From the NCBI GenBank assembly GCA_022573715.1, contig JACZTL010000005.1, positions 7,265 through 71,264 on the forward strand: a stretch of 64,000 nt of DNA, in the 5' to 3' direction. The DNA comes from Bacteroidota bacterium. Its GTDB lineage: Bacteria > Bacteroidota > Ignavibacteria > Ignavibacteriales > Ignavibacteriaceae. A model generated the notes under the pieces. The model was not told the origin of the DNA. It saw nothing but the letters and a program-made list of their open reading frames with translations, and searched no databases. The first letter of the stretch is position 1, and each line of letters starts with the position of its first letter. The position numbers and the translations under genes were made by a program. Below, one piece after another: positions 46,544 to 57,153 of this stretch.

Positions 46544-47836
46544 ATGAATAATAGTAATCTACCTGATGTTAATCTAAACCTTAATGTAAGGGGTTTACCT
46601 CAATCTGCAACTTTGGTTATAAATGAAAAAAGTGATGAACTACGAAGACAGGGAAGGATGGTTTGCAAACTCGGTTTGGGTCAATCACCTTTTCCCGTTC
46701 CAAACTCAGTTGTTGAAGAATTAAAAATAAACGCACATCAAAAAAATTACCTGCCTGTAAAAGGATTGAGAAAACTACAAGATGTAGTGGCAGAATATCA
46801 CTGTCGAAAAGATGGAATTTGTTATTCTCCCGATGATGTTCTCGTTGGTCCCGGTTCAAAAGAATTAATGTTTTTGTTACAATATGTTTATTATGGAGAT
46901 CTTGTTATACAAACACCAAGCTGGGTTTCTTATTCACCGCAGGCGCAGATAATCGGTAGACAAGTCCGCTGGTTGTGCACTTCAAAAAATAATAACTGGC
47001 TTTTAACATCAGAAGAATTAGAAGCACATTGTAAAATTGATTATCTAAAACCAAGAATTGTTATTCTTAATTATCCATCAAACCCTGTTGGGGTTACTTA
47101 TACAGAAGATCAATTAAAAAAGATTGCCGAAGTTGCACGAAGACATAAGTTAATAATACTTTCAGATGAGATATACGGAGAACTTCATCATAAAGGTAAA
47201 CATATTTCAATAGCAAAGTATTATAACGAAGGAACAATAATTAGCAGCGGATTGAGTAAGTGGTGCGGAGCAGGCGGCTGGCGTTTAGGTACCTTTACAT
47301 TTCCGGAATCTTTAAGGTGGTTATTGGATGCCATTGCTGTTATGGCAAGTGAAACTTTTACTTCCACAAGTGCTCCCATTCAATATGCTGCTGTACGTGC
47401 ATTTCAAGGTGGGGATGATATTGAGAATTATTTATGGAGATCGAGATGGATCCTTGATAAACTTGGTAATAAAATAGCAGAACAACTTCAGGAAGCAGGA
47501 ATTGATACTCCTAAACCGGAGGGAGCATTCTATTTATTCTTAGATTTTTGCAATTTTAAAAAAAAATTAAAGAAAAAAAATATTGTTGATAGTACCACAT
47601 TATGTTCCAGGCTATTTGAAGAAACCGGTGTTGCAATCTTACCAGGTAAAGTTTTTGGAATGAAGCTGGAAGAATTAACGGCAAGACTTGCCTATGTTGA
47701 TTTTGATGGTGTTGCTGCAATGGAAGCCGCTTTAAAAATAAATTCTAAGAATAAAATTGATGATGCTTTTTTGCAAAATTATTGTCCTAATGTACTCACA
47801 GCAATTTCTTTAATTAGAAATTGGGTAAATAACTAG
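46544..47836 (+). CDS. class I/II PLP-dependent aminotransferase (aspartate aminotransferase-like)
   Basis: NYPSNPVG, LSDEIYGEL and the Lys motif SSGLSKWCGAGGWRLG (SxSK....G.R.G). Confidence 0.85.
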   Translation: MNNSNLPDVNLNLNVRGLPQSATLVINEKSDELRRQGRMVCKLGLGQSPFPVPNSVVEELKINAHQKNYLPVKGLRKLQDVVAEYHCRKDGICYSPDDVLVGPGSKELMFLLQYVYYGDLVIQTPSWVSYSPQAQIIGRQVRWLCTSKNNNWLLTSEELEAHCKIDYLKPRIVILNYPSNPVGVTYTEDQLKKIAEVARRHKLIILSDEIYGELHHKGKHISIAKYYNEGTIISSGLSKWCGAGGWRLGTFTFPESLRWLLDAIAVMASETFTSTSAPIQYAAVRAFQGGDDIENYLWRSRWILDKLGNKIAEQLQEAGIDTPKPEGAFYLFLDFCNFKKKLKKKNIVDSTTLCSRLFEETGVAILPGKVFGMKLEELTARLAYVDFDGVAAMEAALKINSKNKIDDAFLQNYCPNVLTAISLIRNWVNN

Positions 47837-48170
47837 ATGATAATTTAAAATTATTTCATAATTTATAAATGCAGAATTATATTTATGTTGGATAAGGTGC
47901 TGCAATCGGAGAAATATTTAGTTTTTGCGGAAAAGAGTAGAATGAATAGAATTTAGACTATTAATTTTGCCATTTCTAAAATACATCACAGTATTAAGTT
48001 TCTTTCAGACATTAATAAAAAAGACTCTAATAGATATTTTGAGATTATAGCAAAAAAGCTTCTTGTAAAAATAATATTAGCAACAATTAAAATACCGTAT
48101 ATTGCCCTTAAGTTCTTCATTCCTTAAATTCTTATTTTAATTTTTATCAAATTACATATATTTAAAAAAT

Positions 48171-49112
48171 ATGAAGATCATCAAACCAAAAAAGCTTAAA
48201 AAAAATGATACCATTGGAATAATTTCGCCAGGGTCATCACCGGATGATCTTTCAAAAATTGAAGAAGGAGTAAAATATCTTGAAAAATTGGGCTATAATG
48301 TAGAGGCCGGCAAAAATGTAGGTAAAACCAATGGATATTTAGCCGGAAACGATAATGAAAGGTTGGATGATTTACACTATATGTTCCGGAAAAAAGAAAT
48401 TAAAGCAATTTTTTGTCTTCGCGGAGGATATGGCTCAGGCCGGCTGCTCGATAAAATTAATTTTAATATTATAAAGAAAAATCCTAAAATATTTGTAGGT
48501 TATAGCGATATTACAGCACTTCATCTATCAATATTTAAGAAAACAAATCTGATTACTTTTGCAGGGCCAATGATAGCAACGGATTTTTTGGAAGGACTAA
48601 ACGAAAAAGCCGAAGAATGTTTTTGGTCAATGCTTACATCAAGTAAGAAGATAGGGAAAATTAAATCAATAGGAGATAGAGAAATTCAATCATTGAGAAA
48701 AGGAAAATCTCAAGGTGCTTTGTTAGGTGGTAATTTATCAGTTTTGACATCACTTTTGGGCAGTAATTTTATCCCTATATTTGAAAAGAGCATTCTTTTA
48801 TTGGAAGAAACTTGTGAACCGCCATATAAAATTGATAGAATGTTTAACCAGCTAAAGCTTGCAGGAGTATTTCAAAAAACTTCAGGTATTATTTTAGGAG
48901 CATTTAATAATTGTCGAGAAGAGAATTCCGAAAAACACACATTAACACTGGGAGAGGTTATTCAAGACTATTTAGGGGACAGCAAAAAACCTGTAATATA
49001 TAATTTTAGTCATGGACATATAAAAGAAATTTTAACTTTACCAATAGGATTGAAAGTTAAATTAAATTCGGACAAAAATTATATCGAATTTACTGAAAGT
49101 GCAGTAGTTTAA
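48171..49112 (+). CDS. ldcA: LD-carboxypeptidase (peptidase S66)
   Basis: GIISPGS, RGGYGS, catalytic Ser context GYSDITAL, E in LLEE and C-terminal FSHGH. Confidence 0.85.
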   Translation: MKIIKPKKLKKNDTIGIISPGSSPDDLSKIEEGVKYLEKLGYNVEAGKNVGKTNGYLAGNDNERLDDLHYMFRKKEIKAIFCLRGGYGSGRLLDKINFNIIKKNPKIFVGYSDITALHLSIFKKTNLITFAGPMIATDFLEGLNEKAEECFWSMLTSSKKIGKIKSIGDREIQSLRKGKSQGALLGGNLSVLTSLLGSNFIPIFEKSILLLEETCEPPYKIDRMFNQLKLAGVFQKTSGIILGAFNNCREENSEKHTLTLGEVIQDYLGDSKKPVIYNFSHGHIKEILTLPIGLKVKLNSDKNYIEFTESAVV

Positions 49113-49175
49113 TATTTATTATTTAATATTTTATAAAAATTATTTAAATAATATTATCTAGTAAAAAACTTAATA

Positions 49176-50006
49176 CTAAAGTTCTTCAATGTATGTAAAA
49201 GATTCTTTAGGGAATTTTTCTTTTGCAATTTCTACCTTGTCTTTATTGTGAAATATACCATAAACAGATGAACCTGTACCAGTCATCAATGTAAAATATG
49301 CTCCCATTTCAATTAATCTTTCTTTTATTTCTTTAATTTGGGGATATTCTGGAAAAACAATTTTTTCAAATTCATTAGTAAGCAAATCTGAAAAATCATC
49401 ACATAGACTCATTTTCTTAATAATTCTCTGTACTTGAATTTTATTGTTTTTTGGTATGCAATTTTCAAAAGCCCACTTTGTGCTAATGTGTACACCGGGG
49501 TAAACTAACAATAAATAACCTTTTAATTTTAAAGAAATTTCTTTTAATATTTCACCTCTTGAAGTTGCAAAAGAAGGAACGGGATTAAGAAAAAATGGAA
49601 TATCGGAGCCGAGTGTTAAAGCTAATTCAAGCAAAGTTTTATTTGATAAATTTAAATTGAACAGTTTATTTAATGCTTTTAATGTAACAGCTGCATTTGA
49701 GCTTCCCCCGCCCAATCCTGCTCCGATGGGAATATTCTTCTCTAAATAAATATTACAATTTATTTTTTCTTTAGTAAAATTTTCAAGTAAATCTTTGACT
49801 TTAATTACAAGGTTTGAAGTTCCTGAAGAAAGTGAACTATTATTTGTTGTAAAAATAAAGTCGTCGGTTTTTGAGATATGTATTTTATCGGCAAGTTTTA
49901 GTGGATAAAATATTGTCTCCAAGTTATGAAATCCATCATTTCTTTTACCAAATAAATTTAAACCAAGATTAATTTTAGCGGGAGAATTTACAACAATTTT
50001 ATCCAT
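49176..50006 (-). CDS. ispE: 4-diphosphocytidyl-2-C-methyl-D-erythritol kinase
   Basis: PAKINLGL and the GHMP kinase motif PIGAGLGGGSSNAA. Confidence 0.9.
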   Translation of the reverse strand: MDKIVVNSPAKINLGLNLFGKRNDGFHNLETIFYPLKLADKIHISKTDDFIFTTNNSSLSSGTSNLVIKVKDLLENFTKEKINCNIYLEKNIPIGAGLGGGSSNAAVTLKALNKLFNLNLSNKTLLELALTLGSDIPFFLNPVPSFATSRGEILKEISLKLKGYLLLVYPGVHISTKWAFENCIPKNNKIQVQRIIKKMSLCDDFSDLLTNEFEKIVFPEYPQIKEIKERLIEMGAYFTLMTGTGSSVYGIFHNKDKVEIAKEKFPKESFTYIEEL

Positions 50007-50880
50007 CTAACATTACTTTTAATTTTTTTATGTGTTCGGGTGAAGAACCGCAGCAAGCACCGACAAATAACGGTGAATTATCTAAAATATTTTTTATTAT
50101 TTGAGCATATTCCGTGGGTGATACTCCGCATTTTATATTTACATTACTAAAGCTGCCGTCACCGCAATTTAAATACATACCCCAACTAAAATCAAGTTCG
50201 ATGTTTCTATAAATATCTAAAAAAGTAGATATTGTTGTGCAATTAAAACCTATTGCCAAAGGTTTATAGTTAAGAATAAAATCAATTACATCTTTTACAT
50301 CTTCACCCGATAAAATTTTTAATTCTTCATTTACATAAAGACTTAGCACATATTGGATTTTATTTGAGTAGCAATATTTACAAATAATTTCAATTTCATC
50401 TAATTGACTCTGTGTTTCATTCAATATAAAATCACTTCCGTATTTTATTAGCAGATCAATATGCGCCTTGTGGTTATTTTCAATCTCATCATTACTTAAT
50501 GTTCTTTTTTTTTGATAGCAATCTTCTGCGGGGGGATTAGAACCGGCAATAATTACTTTTGTGTTTCGTGCAGAATTTTGGGCAATAAATAATGCTTGCT
50601 TTACGAGTTCTTCAGAAATAGAGTCAGACTTCTTAACCGCTGCTGGGTTTGTTCTAAATGTATTAGTAGTAATAATATCTGCACCAGCTTCAATATATTG
50701 ATGATGAATATTTTTGATAATTTCGGGGTAATCAATATTTGCTTTTGACATCCATAGGTGAGAATCAACTGGAACATTGTGCTGCTGAAGTAAACTGCCC
50801 ATTGCACCGTCTAAAATAAGAGGTTTTCCGTTGTTTTTTGCTTCTTCAAAAAGTAGTCTATTTTCTAAGTTTTTTGACAT
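49999..50880 (-). CDS. homocysteine S-methyltransferase domain protein
   Basis: LILDGAMGS, GADIITTNTF, GFNC and GACCGSSPEHI (zinc-binding Cys pattern of the Hcy-binding domain). Confidence 0.8.
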   Translation of the reverse strand: MSKNLENRLLFEEAKNNGKPLILDGAMGSLLQQHNVPVDSHLWMSKANIDYPEIIKNIHHQYIEAGADIITTNTFRTNPAAVKKSDSISEELVKQALFIAQNSARNTKVIIAGSNPPAEDCYQKKRTLSNDEIENNHKAHIDLLIKYGSDFILNETQSQLDEIEIICKYCYSNKIQYVLSLYVNEELKILSGEDVKDVIDFILNYKPLAIGFNCTTISTFLDIYRNIELDFSWGMYLNCGDGSFSNVNIKCGVSPTEYAQIIKNILDNSPLFVGACCGSSPEHIKKLKVMLDG

Positions 50881-52014
50881 TTACATTGTTGGTTTTACAT
50901 CTTCAAAATATTTATCAACTTCGTCAAGCATTATATTTAAATCAATATTCTTTATGCATTCCAAATCATAGGGACATTCCTTTTTCCAGCAGGGAGAGCA
51001 TTCAAGATTTTCATCAAATAATTTAACACCCCTGTTGTAAAGCTCAATCTCTGCCCAGCAACTAACACCAAACCAAACAATTATATATTTTTTTAGGGCA
51101 ATACCAAGATGCATTCCGAATGAATCACCTGTTATAATCACATCTGTTAAGTCTTCAAAACAAGCTCCTCTTCTTACACCTAAATTTGTGGGTGTGTTTA
51201 TAATTTCATCATTAAACTTGGAATAAATCTGCTCATTCCTTTCAGTATCTTCCGGACCCCCTAAAAGTAAAATCTTATATTTCTTATTCTCTAATAATTT
51301 CTCAATTAAATATTGATGTTGTTCGATTGTCATCTTTTTATTCGGATATAAATTTGAACAGCCTGTATTAAATCCAACGACTAGATCATTTTGGGTTATG
51401 CCGATTTCTTTTTTATAATTATCTATAAATTCTTTTTCTTCATTCGTAAATTCAAAAATATAATCGTGTTTTTCAAAATCAAGTTCAAAGGTTTCTGCAA
51501 GATATTCCTGTCCTGTTTTCTTATTTATTCTAAATTTTAAATTGTCATCCATTCCCAGGCTATAATTGTAAAAGGCACCTTTGTTTACCGGAATAATCTT
51601 TCCGTCCTCATTTAATCCAAAACCAAGTTTATTTTCTGCTTTTGCAGAATTTAATATTGAACAAGAAATTAAAGATTTATCTACATTTAATACATAATCA
51701 AATTTTATATTTTGAAGAATCGAAATTGATTCTACTTTGCAGCTAAATACTTTATCTATTAAAGGATTATTAAATAAAAGGGGAGATGCTATCGGTGATG
51801 TTATCCAAAAAATTGTTGATTCCGGAAATTTCTTTTTTAATAGAGGTAATTGAGCAGTAGTCATCAGCACATCGCCCATTGCATCAAGGTTTATAATTAA
51901 TATTTTAGTTCCAATAGGAATGTTGTCTTTACAGCCATCTTCCCAGCAGTTATGATCACTATAGCATGGCTTATAACCTGTAAATTTTTTGCATTTAGGT
52001 ATTTCTTTAGGCAT
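50881..52014 (-). CDS. glycosyltransferase family 9 (heptosyltransferase-like) with Cys-rich N-terminal extension
   Basis: ILIINLDAMGDVLMTT, ITGDSFGMHL and a C-terminal CSPCWKKECPYDLECI motif. Confidence 0.8.
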   Translation of the reverse strand: MPKEIPKCKKFTGYKPCYSDHNCWEDGCKDNIPIGTKILIINLDAMGDVLMTTAQLPLLKKKFPESTIFWITSPIASPLLFNNPLIDKVFSCKVESISILQNIKFDYVLNVDKSLISCSILNSAKAENKLGFGLNEDGKIIPVNKGAFYNYSLGMDDNLKFRINKKTGQEYLAETFELDFEKHDYIFEFTNEEKEFIDNYKKEIGITQNDLVVGFNTGCSNLYPNKKMTIEQHQYLIEKLLENKKYKILLLGGPEDTERNEQIYSKFNDEIINTPTNLGVRRGACFEDLTDVIITGDSFGMHLGIALKKYIIVWFGVSCWAEIELYNRGVKLFDENLECSPCWKKECPYDLECIKNIDLNIMLDEVDKYFEDVKPTM

Positions 52015-53068
52015 TCAAATATCTCTCTAAAAAAGGTATAAATTTTTGTTTTACTTTATCAAAGTTAATATTTTTTAAAGTAGGTTCTTTTGTAATCACA
52101 CAATCAAAAGGTGTATTATACGGACTCCAAATCATATCTTCTGTGTTATATTTTACATATAATCCGAATACCGGAATGTTGTATGCCGATGCAATATGTA
52201 CAGATGATGTATCCGGAGTAAATAACAAATTTAATTTGGAAATCCCAGCAGCAAAAATATTAAAATCATCGCTAACAGAATAGATAAATTTTTTATCGAT
52301 TATTTTAGAAGCAATATTTTGTAATTCCGGAGTTGAAAATATAGTAATAGAAATATTAAATGCTTTTATTATTTCTAATAATTTTTGAAAATTTTCTATT
52401 CCCCAAAATCTTGCCATACTTCCAGCAGAGATATTAATACCAAGCTGGAATTTAGTTTCAGGATTTATCTTCTTAAAAAAAGTATCTGCAAAATCTAAAG
52501 ACGATTTTGTCGGATAAAAGTGAACCCTAACATCTTTAAGTTCATATTCTATTTTTAATAGTTCACACAGTTTAATATTTCTGGCAATAACATGATTCTT
52601 TCCCGGGTTGATTCTATTTACCGTATTTGTATAAAGCTTATGATTTGATCTTTCAAGTCCTAATATTTGATTTACTTTAGCGTACTTTAATAAAAAGCTA
52701 ACCGTTGTTGAAACATCGTCGTGTAGGTCAATTATAGTATCAATATTTTTTTCTTTAATGAGATTATTAATTTTAGAAAATGAATGCAAGGATTTGTCAA
52801 ATATAATCACATCATCAACAGACGGATTATTTTTAAAAATGAAATAATTTTTTTTATCTGCTAGTACATAAACGCTGCATTTCAATTTTGATTTCACAAT
52901 ATGAAGCAAGGTAGTCGTTATTAATGCATCACCAATTCTGTTTAATCTTATGAAAAGTATTTTAGAATGTGAATTAAAATTTAATGAAACTTTTTTCCTA
53001 GATTTGCTAAAAAGAATAAGAAGTTTCAATAAAATATTTTTTATAAAATACTCAATACTTTTCATCAA
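52007..53068 (-). CDS. glycosyltransferase family 9 (heptosyltransferase-like)
   Basis: ILFIRLNRIGDALITT and TPDTSSVHIA motifs. Confidence 0.8.
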   Translation of the reverse strand: MMKSIEYFIKNILLKLLILFSKSRKKVSLNFNSHSKILFIRLNRIGDALITTTLLHIVKSKLKCSVYVLADKKNYFIFKNNPSVDDVIIFDKSLHSFSKINNLIKEKNIDTIIDLHDDVSTTVSFLLKYAKVNQILGLERSNHKLYTNTVNRINPGKNHVIARNIKLCELLKIEYELKDVRVHFYPTKSSLDFADTFFKKINPETKFQLGINISAGSMARFWGIENFQKLLEIIKAFNISITIFSTPELQNIASKIIDKKFIYSVSDDFNIFAAGISKLNLLFTPDTSSVHIASAYNIPVFGLYVKYNTEDMIWSPYNTPFDCVITKEPTLKNINFDKVKQKFIPFLERYLNA

Positions 53069-54086
53069 TTTCAGGAATTATATTTAACATATTTTTTGCT
53101 TTCATTAAAACTTCATCTATTGGAAGTTCTTTCATACATTCGTGATTATAGGGACAAGTTAGTTTATTACAAATAATACAGTGTAAATCAGATTTTATAA
53201 CATAGTTGGAGTTTTCTGAGTAAGGTCCGTGTTTCTTGGGATCCGTTGGACCAAAAAGTCCTAAAGTAGGAATACCCAAAGCCGCTGAAATATGCATAGG
53301 ACCTGAATCATTAGCAATAATTAAAGAGCAGTTATTTATTAATGCAGACATTTCACTTATAGATGTTTTCGGAGATAAGAATGAGGAATCGGGCAGCCCG
53401 TTTGATATTAGTTGAGCATCAAGTTCGTCACCGGGTCCCCAAATAATCATCAACTGAATATCCAACTCTTTTTTTAATAACTTGCAAATTTCTACCCATT
53501 TTTCTGCGTCGCATCTTTTTGATTCCCATCCGCCTGAAGGTATAATTCCTATTACAGGTGTATCATTACTAAAATTATCCGATATAAAATTTTCAGCCCA
53601 TTCATTTTTCTTATTATCCACAAATGCGTAAATATTTTTTGATATTATTTTTACATCAAGAGCTTTTAATAATTCTAAATTATGTTCTGCTGAATGATGT
53701 TCGCCTCTTCCGACATCTACTTTAAAATTGTAGGCAAAACTTCGTCCTCTGTAATTAAAACCCACTCTATACTCTGTAAAAGATAAAAAAGTAATTAGTG
53801 CGCTGCGTGGGTTTGACCAAAAATCAAAAATCAAATCATATTTTTCTTTTCTAATTCTGTTGGCTACTTTTAAAGGGAATTCCGATTTTCTCATTGTCAG
53901 TACTTTGTTAATGAGTGGAATCCCATCAATCGAAGGTTTTACAAAATCTTCTGTTAAAAAATCAATCTTTGCATTTGTAAAATGTGCTCGTAGATTTTCC
54001 AAAACAATTGTTGATAAAACTACATCACCGATACCACGAGGTTTTATGCACAATATTTTTTTTATTTCTGAATTTATTATTTGCAT
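53052..54086 (-). CDS. glycosyltransferase family 9 (heptosyltransferase-like)
   Basis: ILCIKPRGIGDVVLST, ANDSGPMHISAALGIPT and CIICNKLTCPYNHECM. Confidence 0.85.
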   Translation of the reverse strand: MQIINSEIKKILCIKPRGIGDVVLSTIVLENLRAHFTNAKIDFLTEDFVKPSIDGIPLINKVLTMRKSEFPLKVANRIRKEKYDLIFDFWSNPRSALITFLSFTEYRVGFNYRGRSFAYNFKVDVGRGEHHSAEHNLELLKALDVKIISKNIYAFVDNKKNEWAENFISDNFSNDTPVIGIIPSGGWESKRCDAEKWVEICKLLKKELDIQLMIIWGPGDELDAQLISNGLPDSSFLSPKTSISEMSALINNCSLIIANDSGPMHISAALGIPTLGLFGPTDPKKHGPYSENSNYVIKSDLHCIICNKLTCPYNHECMKELPIDEVLMKAKNMLNIIPEIDEKY

Positions 54087-54189
54087 TAATTGTTACTGAT
54101 CTTTTTGTGAAAAAGATTCTTCGTTATTTAATTCCTCAGAATTACTACTTTCTTAATTAAGAATTCAACATTCAAAATTCAAAATTTCA

Positions 54190-56949
54190 CTAATGTGCAG
54201 CAAGCCAATTATCACCAGTACCTGTATCAACTAAAATCGGAACGTCCATTGGCATTGCGTTTTCCATTAATTTTTTTATCAAAGGCAAAAGTTCATCTAC
54301 TTCATCTTTGTGTGCATCAAATAACAACTCATCGTGTACTTGTAAAATCATTTTTGTTTTTGTTTTCCGTTTATTTAATTCATTGTGAATTTTAATCATT
54401 GCAAGTTTTATCATATCGGCAGCCGTACCTTGAATGGGCATATTTATGGCAACCCTTTCTTCAAACTGTCTTACAACCCTATTACTGCTGTTAATATTTT
54501 TTAGATATCGTCTTCGTCCAAGTATGGTTTCCGCATAACCTTTTTCTTTTGCTTGTGCAACTGTATCTTGCATATAATTCTTAACTTTCTTAAAAGTGTT
54601 GAAGTAAGTCTCTATAATTTCTTTTGCATGCTTTTGTGTAATACCTAATCTTGTACTTAAACCAAATGGACCAATGCCGTATAAAATTCCAAAGTTCACT
54701 TCTTTTGCTTTTCTTCTCATATCGTCTGTTACATCTTCGGGTTCAATCATAAATACAAGAGAAGCAGTGCTTTTATGAATATCTTCTCCGTTCCTGAATG
54801 CCCTAAGCAAACCTTCGTCACCACAAATACTTGCCATTATTCTAAGCTCAATTTGACTATAGTCAGCACTTAAAATTACGTGATTTTTATCCCGTGCGAC
54901 AAATGCTTTTCTTATTTCTTTACCTCGTTCAGTTCTAATAGGAATGTTTTGAAGGTTCGGATTATTGCTTGCTAATCTTCCCGTAGAAGCGGCAACTTGA
55001 TTTAGAGTAGTATGTATTCTTCCTGTTTTCGGATTTATCATTGTGGGCAGTGCGTCAGTATATGTTGATTTTAATTTTGATGTTTGCCTGTAATCTATTA
55101 ACAACTCAATAATGTCATGTTGTCCCTTTAAATTTTCCAATGAACGAGCGTCTGTTGAATACCCTGTCTTTGTTTTTTTTGTAGGCGGAAGACCTAATTT
55201 ATCAAAAAGAATTTCCTGTAGTTGCTTCGGGGAATTAATATTAAACTCTATGCCTGTAAATTTATAGATATCTTTTGTCAAGATTTTTAATAATTTTTGC
55301 AGTTCAATACTTAAATCACTTAAAGTTTTTTTGTTAACATTTATTCCTTCTCTTTCAATATCTTCCAGAACAGGAACAAGGGGGAAGTCCACTTTATAAG
55401 CTATATCTTTTAAGCCTTCTTTTTTCAATTCCTTTTTAAGAACTTCGTACAATTTATAAGTAACATCTGCATCTTCGCTCGCATAATTTTTTAGTTCTTC
55501 CAATTCTACATCAAAAATTTTTGTTGGGTCTTTTTTATCGCCGATAATTTCTGATATAGATATAGTCTTGTAATTAAGATATTTCTCTGCCAAAGCGTCC
55601 ATTCCGTGTTTTTGATCCGGGTCTAAAATGTAGCTTGCAACCATCGTATCAAAATAGAAATTGGTTGTATTTATGCCAATACTTCTCAATACTCCAATGT
55701 CATACTTACCGTTTTGGCAGACTTTTTTTATCTTTTCATCTTCAAAAATAGATTTGAAAATATTTACAAAATTTTCAACAGCAATTCTGTCATCTAATTT
55801 TCTTGAGAAAAGATTAACTTTGTTTTTAAGAGGATTTAGTGGAATAAAAAAGCCTTCACCTGCTTTTGTTGAAAAAGAAACTCCTGCGATATTCAGATCT
55901 AAATAATTTAGTCCGTCGGTTTCAGTATCAAACACAAAAAGAGAAGATTTCTTTAATTTATCAGCAAGTTTTTGAGCTTCTTTCAGTTCGGTTATTAATT
56001 GATAATTAGCCTTTTTTTTATCAAACTCAACTTTTGATTTTTCGCTACTAACTTCTTCATTTTGTTCTTGTCCATAAACACTGAGAAGTCTATTATATAA
56101 TTTTGAAAATTCTAGTTCCAGAAAAATAGGACGGAGCAAATCAAAATTAGGTGTTGTAAATTTAGTTTTATCAAAATCAAATTTAATTGGGACATCACAA
56201 TGAATTGTTGCTAATTCTTTTGAAAGAATAGCATTATTTTTATTTGTTTCTAACTTATTTTTTATCCCTGCTTTTTCAATTTTTTTAATATTTTTGTAAA
56301 TATTTTCTATTGTTCCAAATTTTTTAATCAATTCTGTTGCACCTTTAGGCCCAATACCTGCAACTCCTGGAATATCATCTGAACTATCGCCTACTAATGC
56401 TAAATAATCTATCATCTGTTTCGGTGAAAAGCCGAACTCTTCAAGCATTTTTTTCTCATCATAAATTGTTATGTCATTTGATGATTTATTACTTCTGACA
56501 ATAAATGTATTTTTTGTAATCATTTGATTATAATCTTTATCAGGGGTTATGACGTATGATTTAAGTCCCTTTTTTTCTGCTAATTTTACTGCGGTACCAA
56601 TTATATCATCAGCTTCATATTTAGGTAAAATGTAAAGAGGAATATTTAGAGCTTCAATAATATTTTTTATTCTATCAATTTGCGGGATCATATCATCAGG
56701 CATTTTCTCTCTTGATGCTTTATAGTTCTCATATATATCGTGTCTAAAAGTTTTTTCTTTTGAATCAAATGCAACAGCAATATAATCCGGTTTTTGTTCT
56801 TCAATTACTTTTAATAACTGTGTAATAAAACCATATACGGCTGAAGTTGGTTCACCTTTTGTAGTGATAAGGGGTCGTGAAATAAAAGCAAAGTAAGCTT
56901 TGTAAGCCAAAGCCATTGCGTCAATAATTACAAATTTTTTATTTTTCAT
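54190..56949 (-). CDS. polA: DNA polymerase I
   Basis: 5'-nuclease (IIDAMALAYKAYFA), 3'-5' exonuclease (FDTETDGL) and polymerase motifs (DYSQIELR, RRKAKEVNFGILYG, QVHDELLF). Confidence 0.95.
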   Translation of the reverse strand: MKNKKFVIIDAMALAYKAYFAFISRPLITTKGEPTSAVYGFITQLLKVIEEQKPDYIAVAFDSKEKTFRHDIYENYKASREKMPDDMIPQIDRIKNIIEALNIPLYILPKYEADDIIGTAVKLAEKKGLKSYVITPDKDYNQMITKNTFIVRSNKSSNDITIYDEKKMLEEFGFSPKQMIDYLALVGDSSDDIPGVAGIGPKGATELIKKFGTIENIYKNIKKIEKAGIKNKLETNKNNAILSKELATIHCDVPIKFDFDKTKFTTPNFDLLRPIFLELEFSKLYNRLLSVYGQEQNEEVSSEKSKVEFDKKKANYQLITELKEAQKLADKLKKSSLFVFDTETDGLNYLDLNIAGVSFSTKAGEGFFIPLNPLKNKVNLFSRKLDDRIAVENFVNIFKSIFEDEKIKKVCQNGKYDIGVLRSIGINTTNFYFDTMVASYILDPDQKHGMDALAEKYLNYKTISISEIIGDKKDPTKIFDVELEELKNYASEDADVTYKLYEVLKKELKKEGLKDIAYKVDFPLVPVLEDIEREGINVNKKTLSDLSIELQKLLKILTKDIYKFTGIEFNINSPKQLQEILFDKLGLPPTKKTKTGYSTDARSLENLKGQHDIIELLIDYRQTSKLKSTYTDALPTMINPKTGRIHTTLNQVAASTGRLASNNPNLQNIPIRTERGKEIRKAFVARDKNHVILSADYSQIELRIMASICGDEGLLRAFRNGEDIHKSTASLVFMIEPEDVTDDMRRKAKEVNFGILYGIGPFGLSTRLGITQKHAKEIIETYFNTFKKVKNYMQDTVAQAKEKGYAETILGRRRYLKNINSSNRVVRQFEERVAINMPIQGTAADMIKLAMIKIHNELNKRKTKTKMILQVHDELLFDAHKDEVDELLPLIKKLMENAMPMDVPILVDTGTGDNWLAAH

Positions 56950-57153
56950 TTATTACGTTGATACTAAGAAAATTTAATCTTCAATATAATAGAATCATAT
57001 GAATGATGAATTAGAAAAATAATTGTTTATTTTATTTATTATAAATTAATTGATATTTTATCTTTTAGCTTTAATCTTAAATATTCAGTCTTAATTATTC
57101 CAATAAAATTAGAAATATATAATAAAATTTAATATTTATAATAGATACAAAAT

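Noticed and set aside
46544-47836. Aminotransferase next to the tRNA cluster as a horizontally acquired, GC-richer gene
   Set aside because: A spot count gave ~42% GC in one 60-nt stretch versus ~33% in a neighbouring gene. I cannot compute window statistics reliably by eye, and there is no integrase, repeat or other island signature.
47837-48170. Small minus-strand ORF (~43 aa, MKNLRAIYGILIVANIIF...) in the 334-bp gap before ldcA
   Set aside because: It is hydrophobic but short, with no clear ribosome-binding site and no conservation evidence available.
54108-54130. Hairpin gatcttttt-gtg-aaaaagat as the polA terminator
   Set aside because: The stem is almost purely A/T and lacks a proper downstream U-run on the minus strand. 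Too weak to call.
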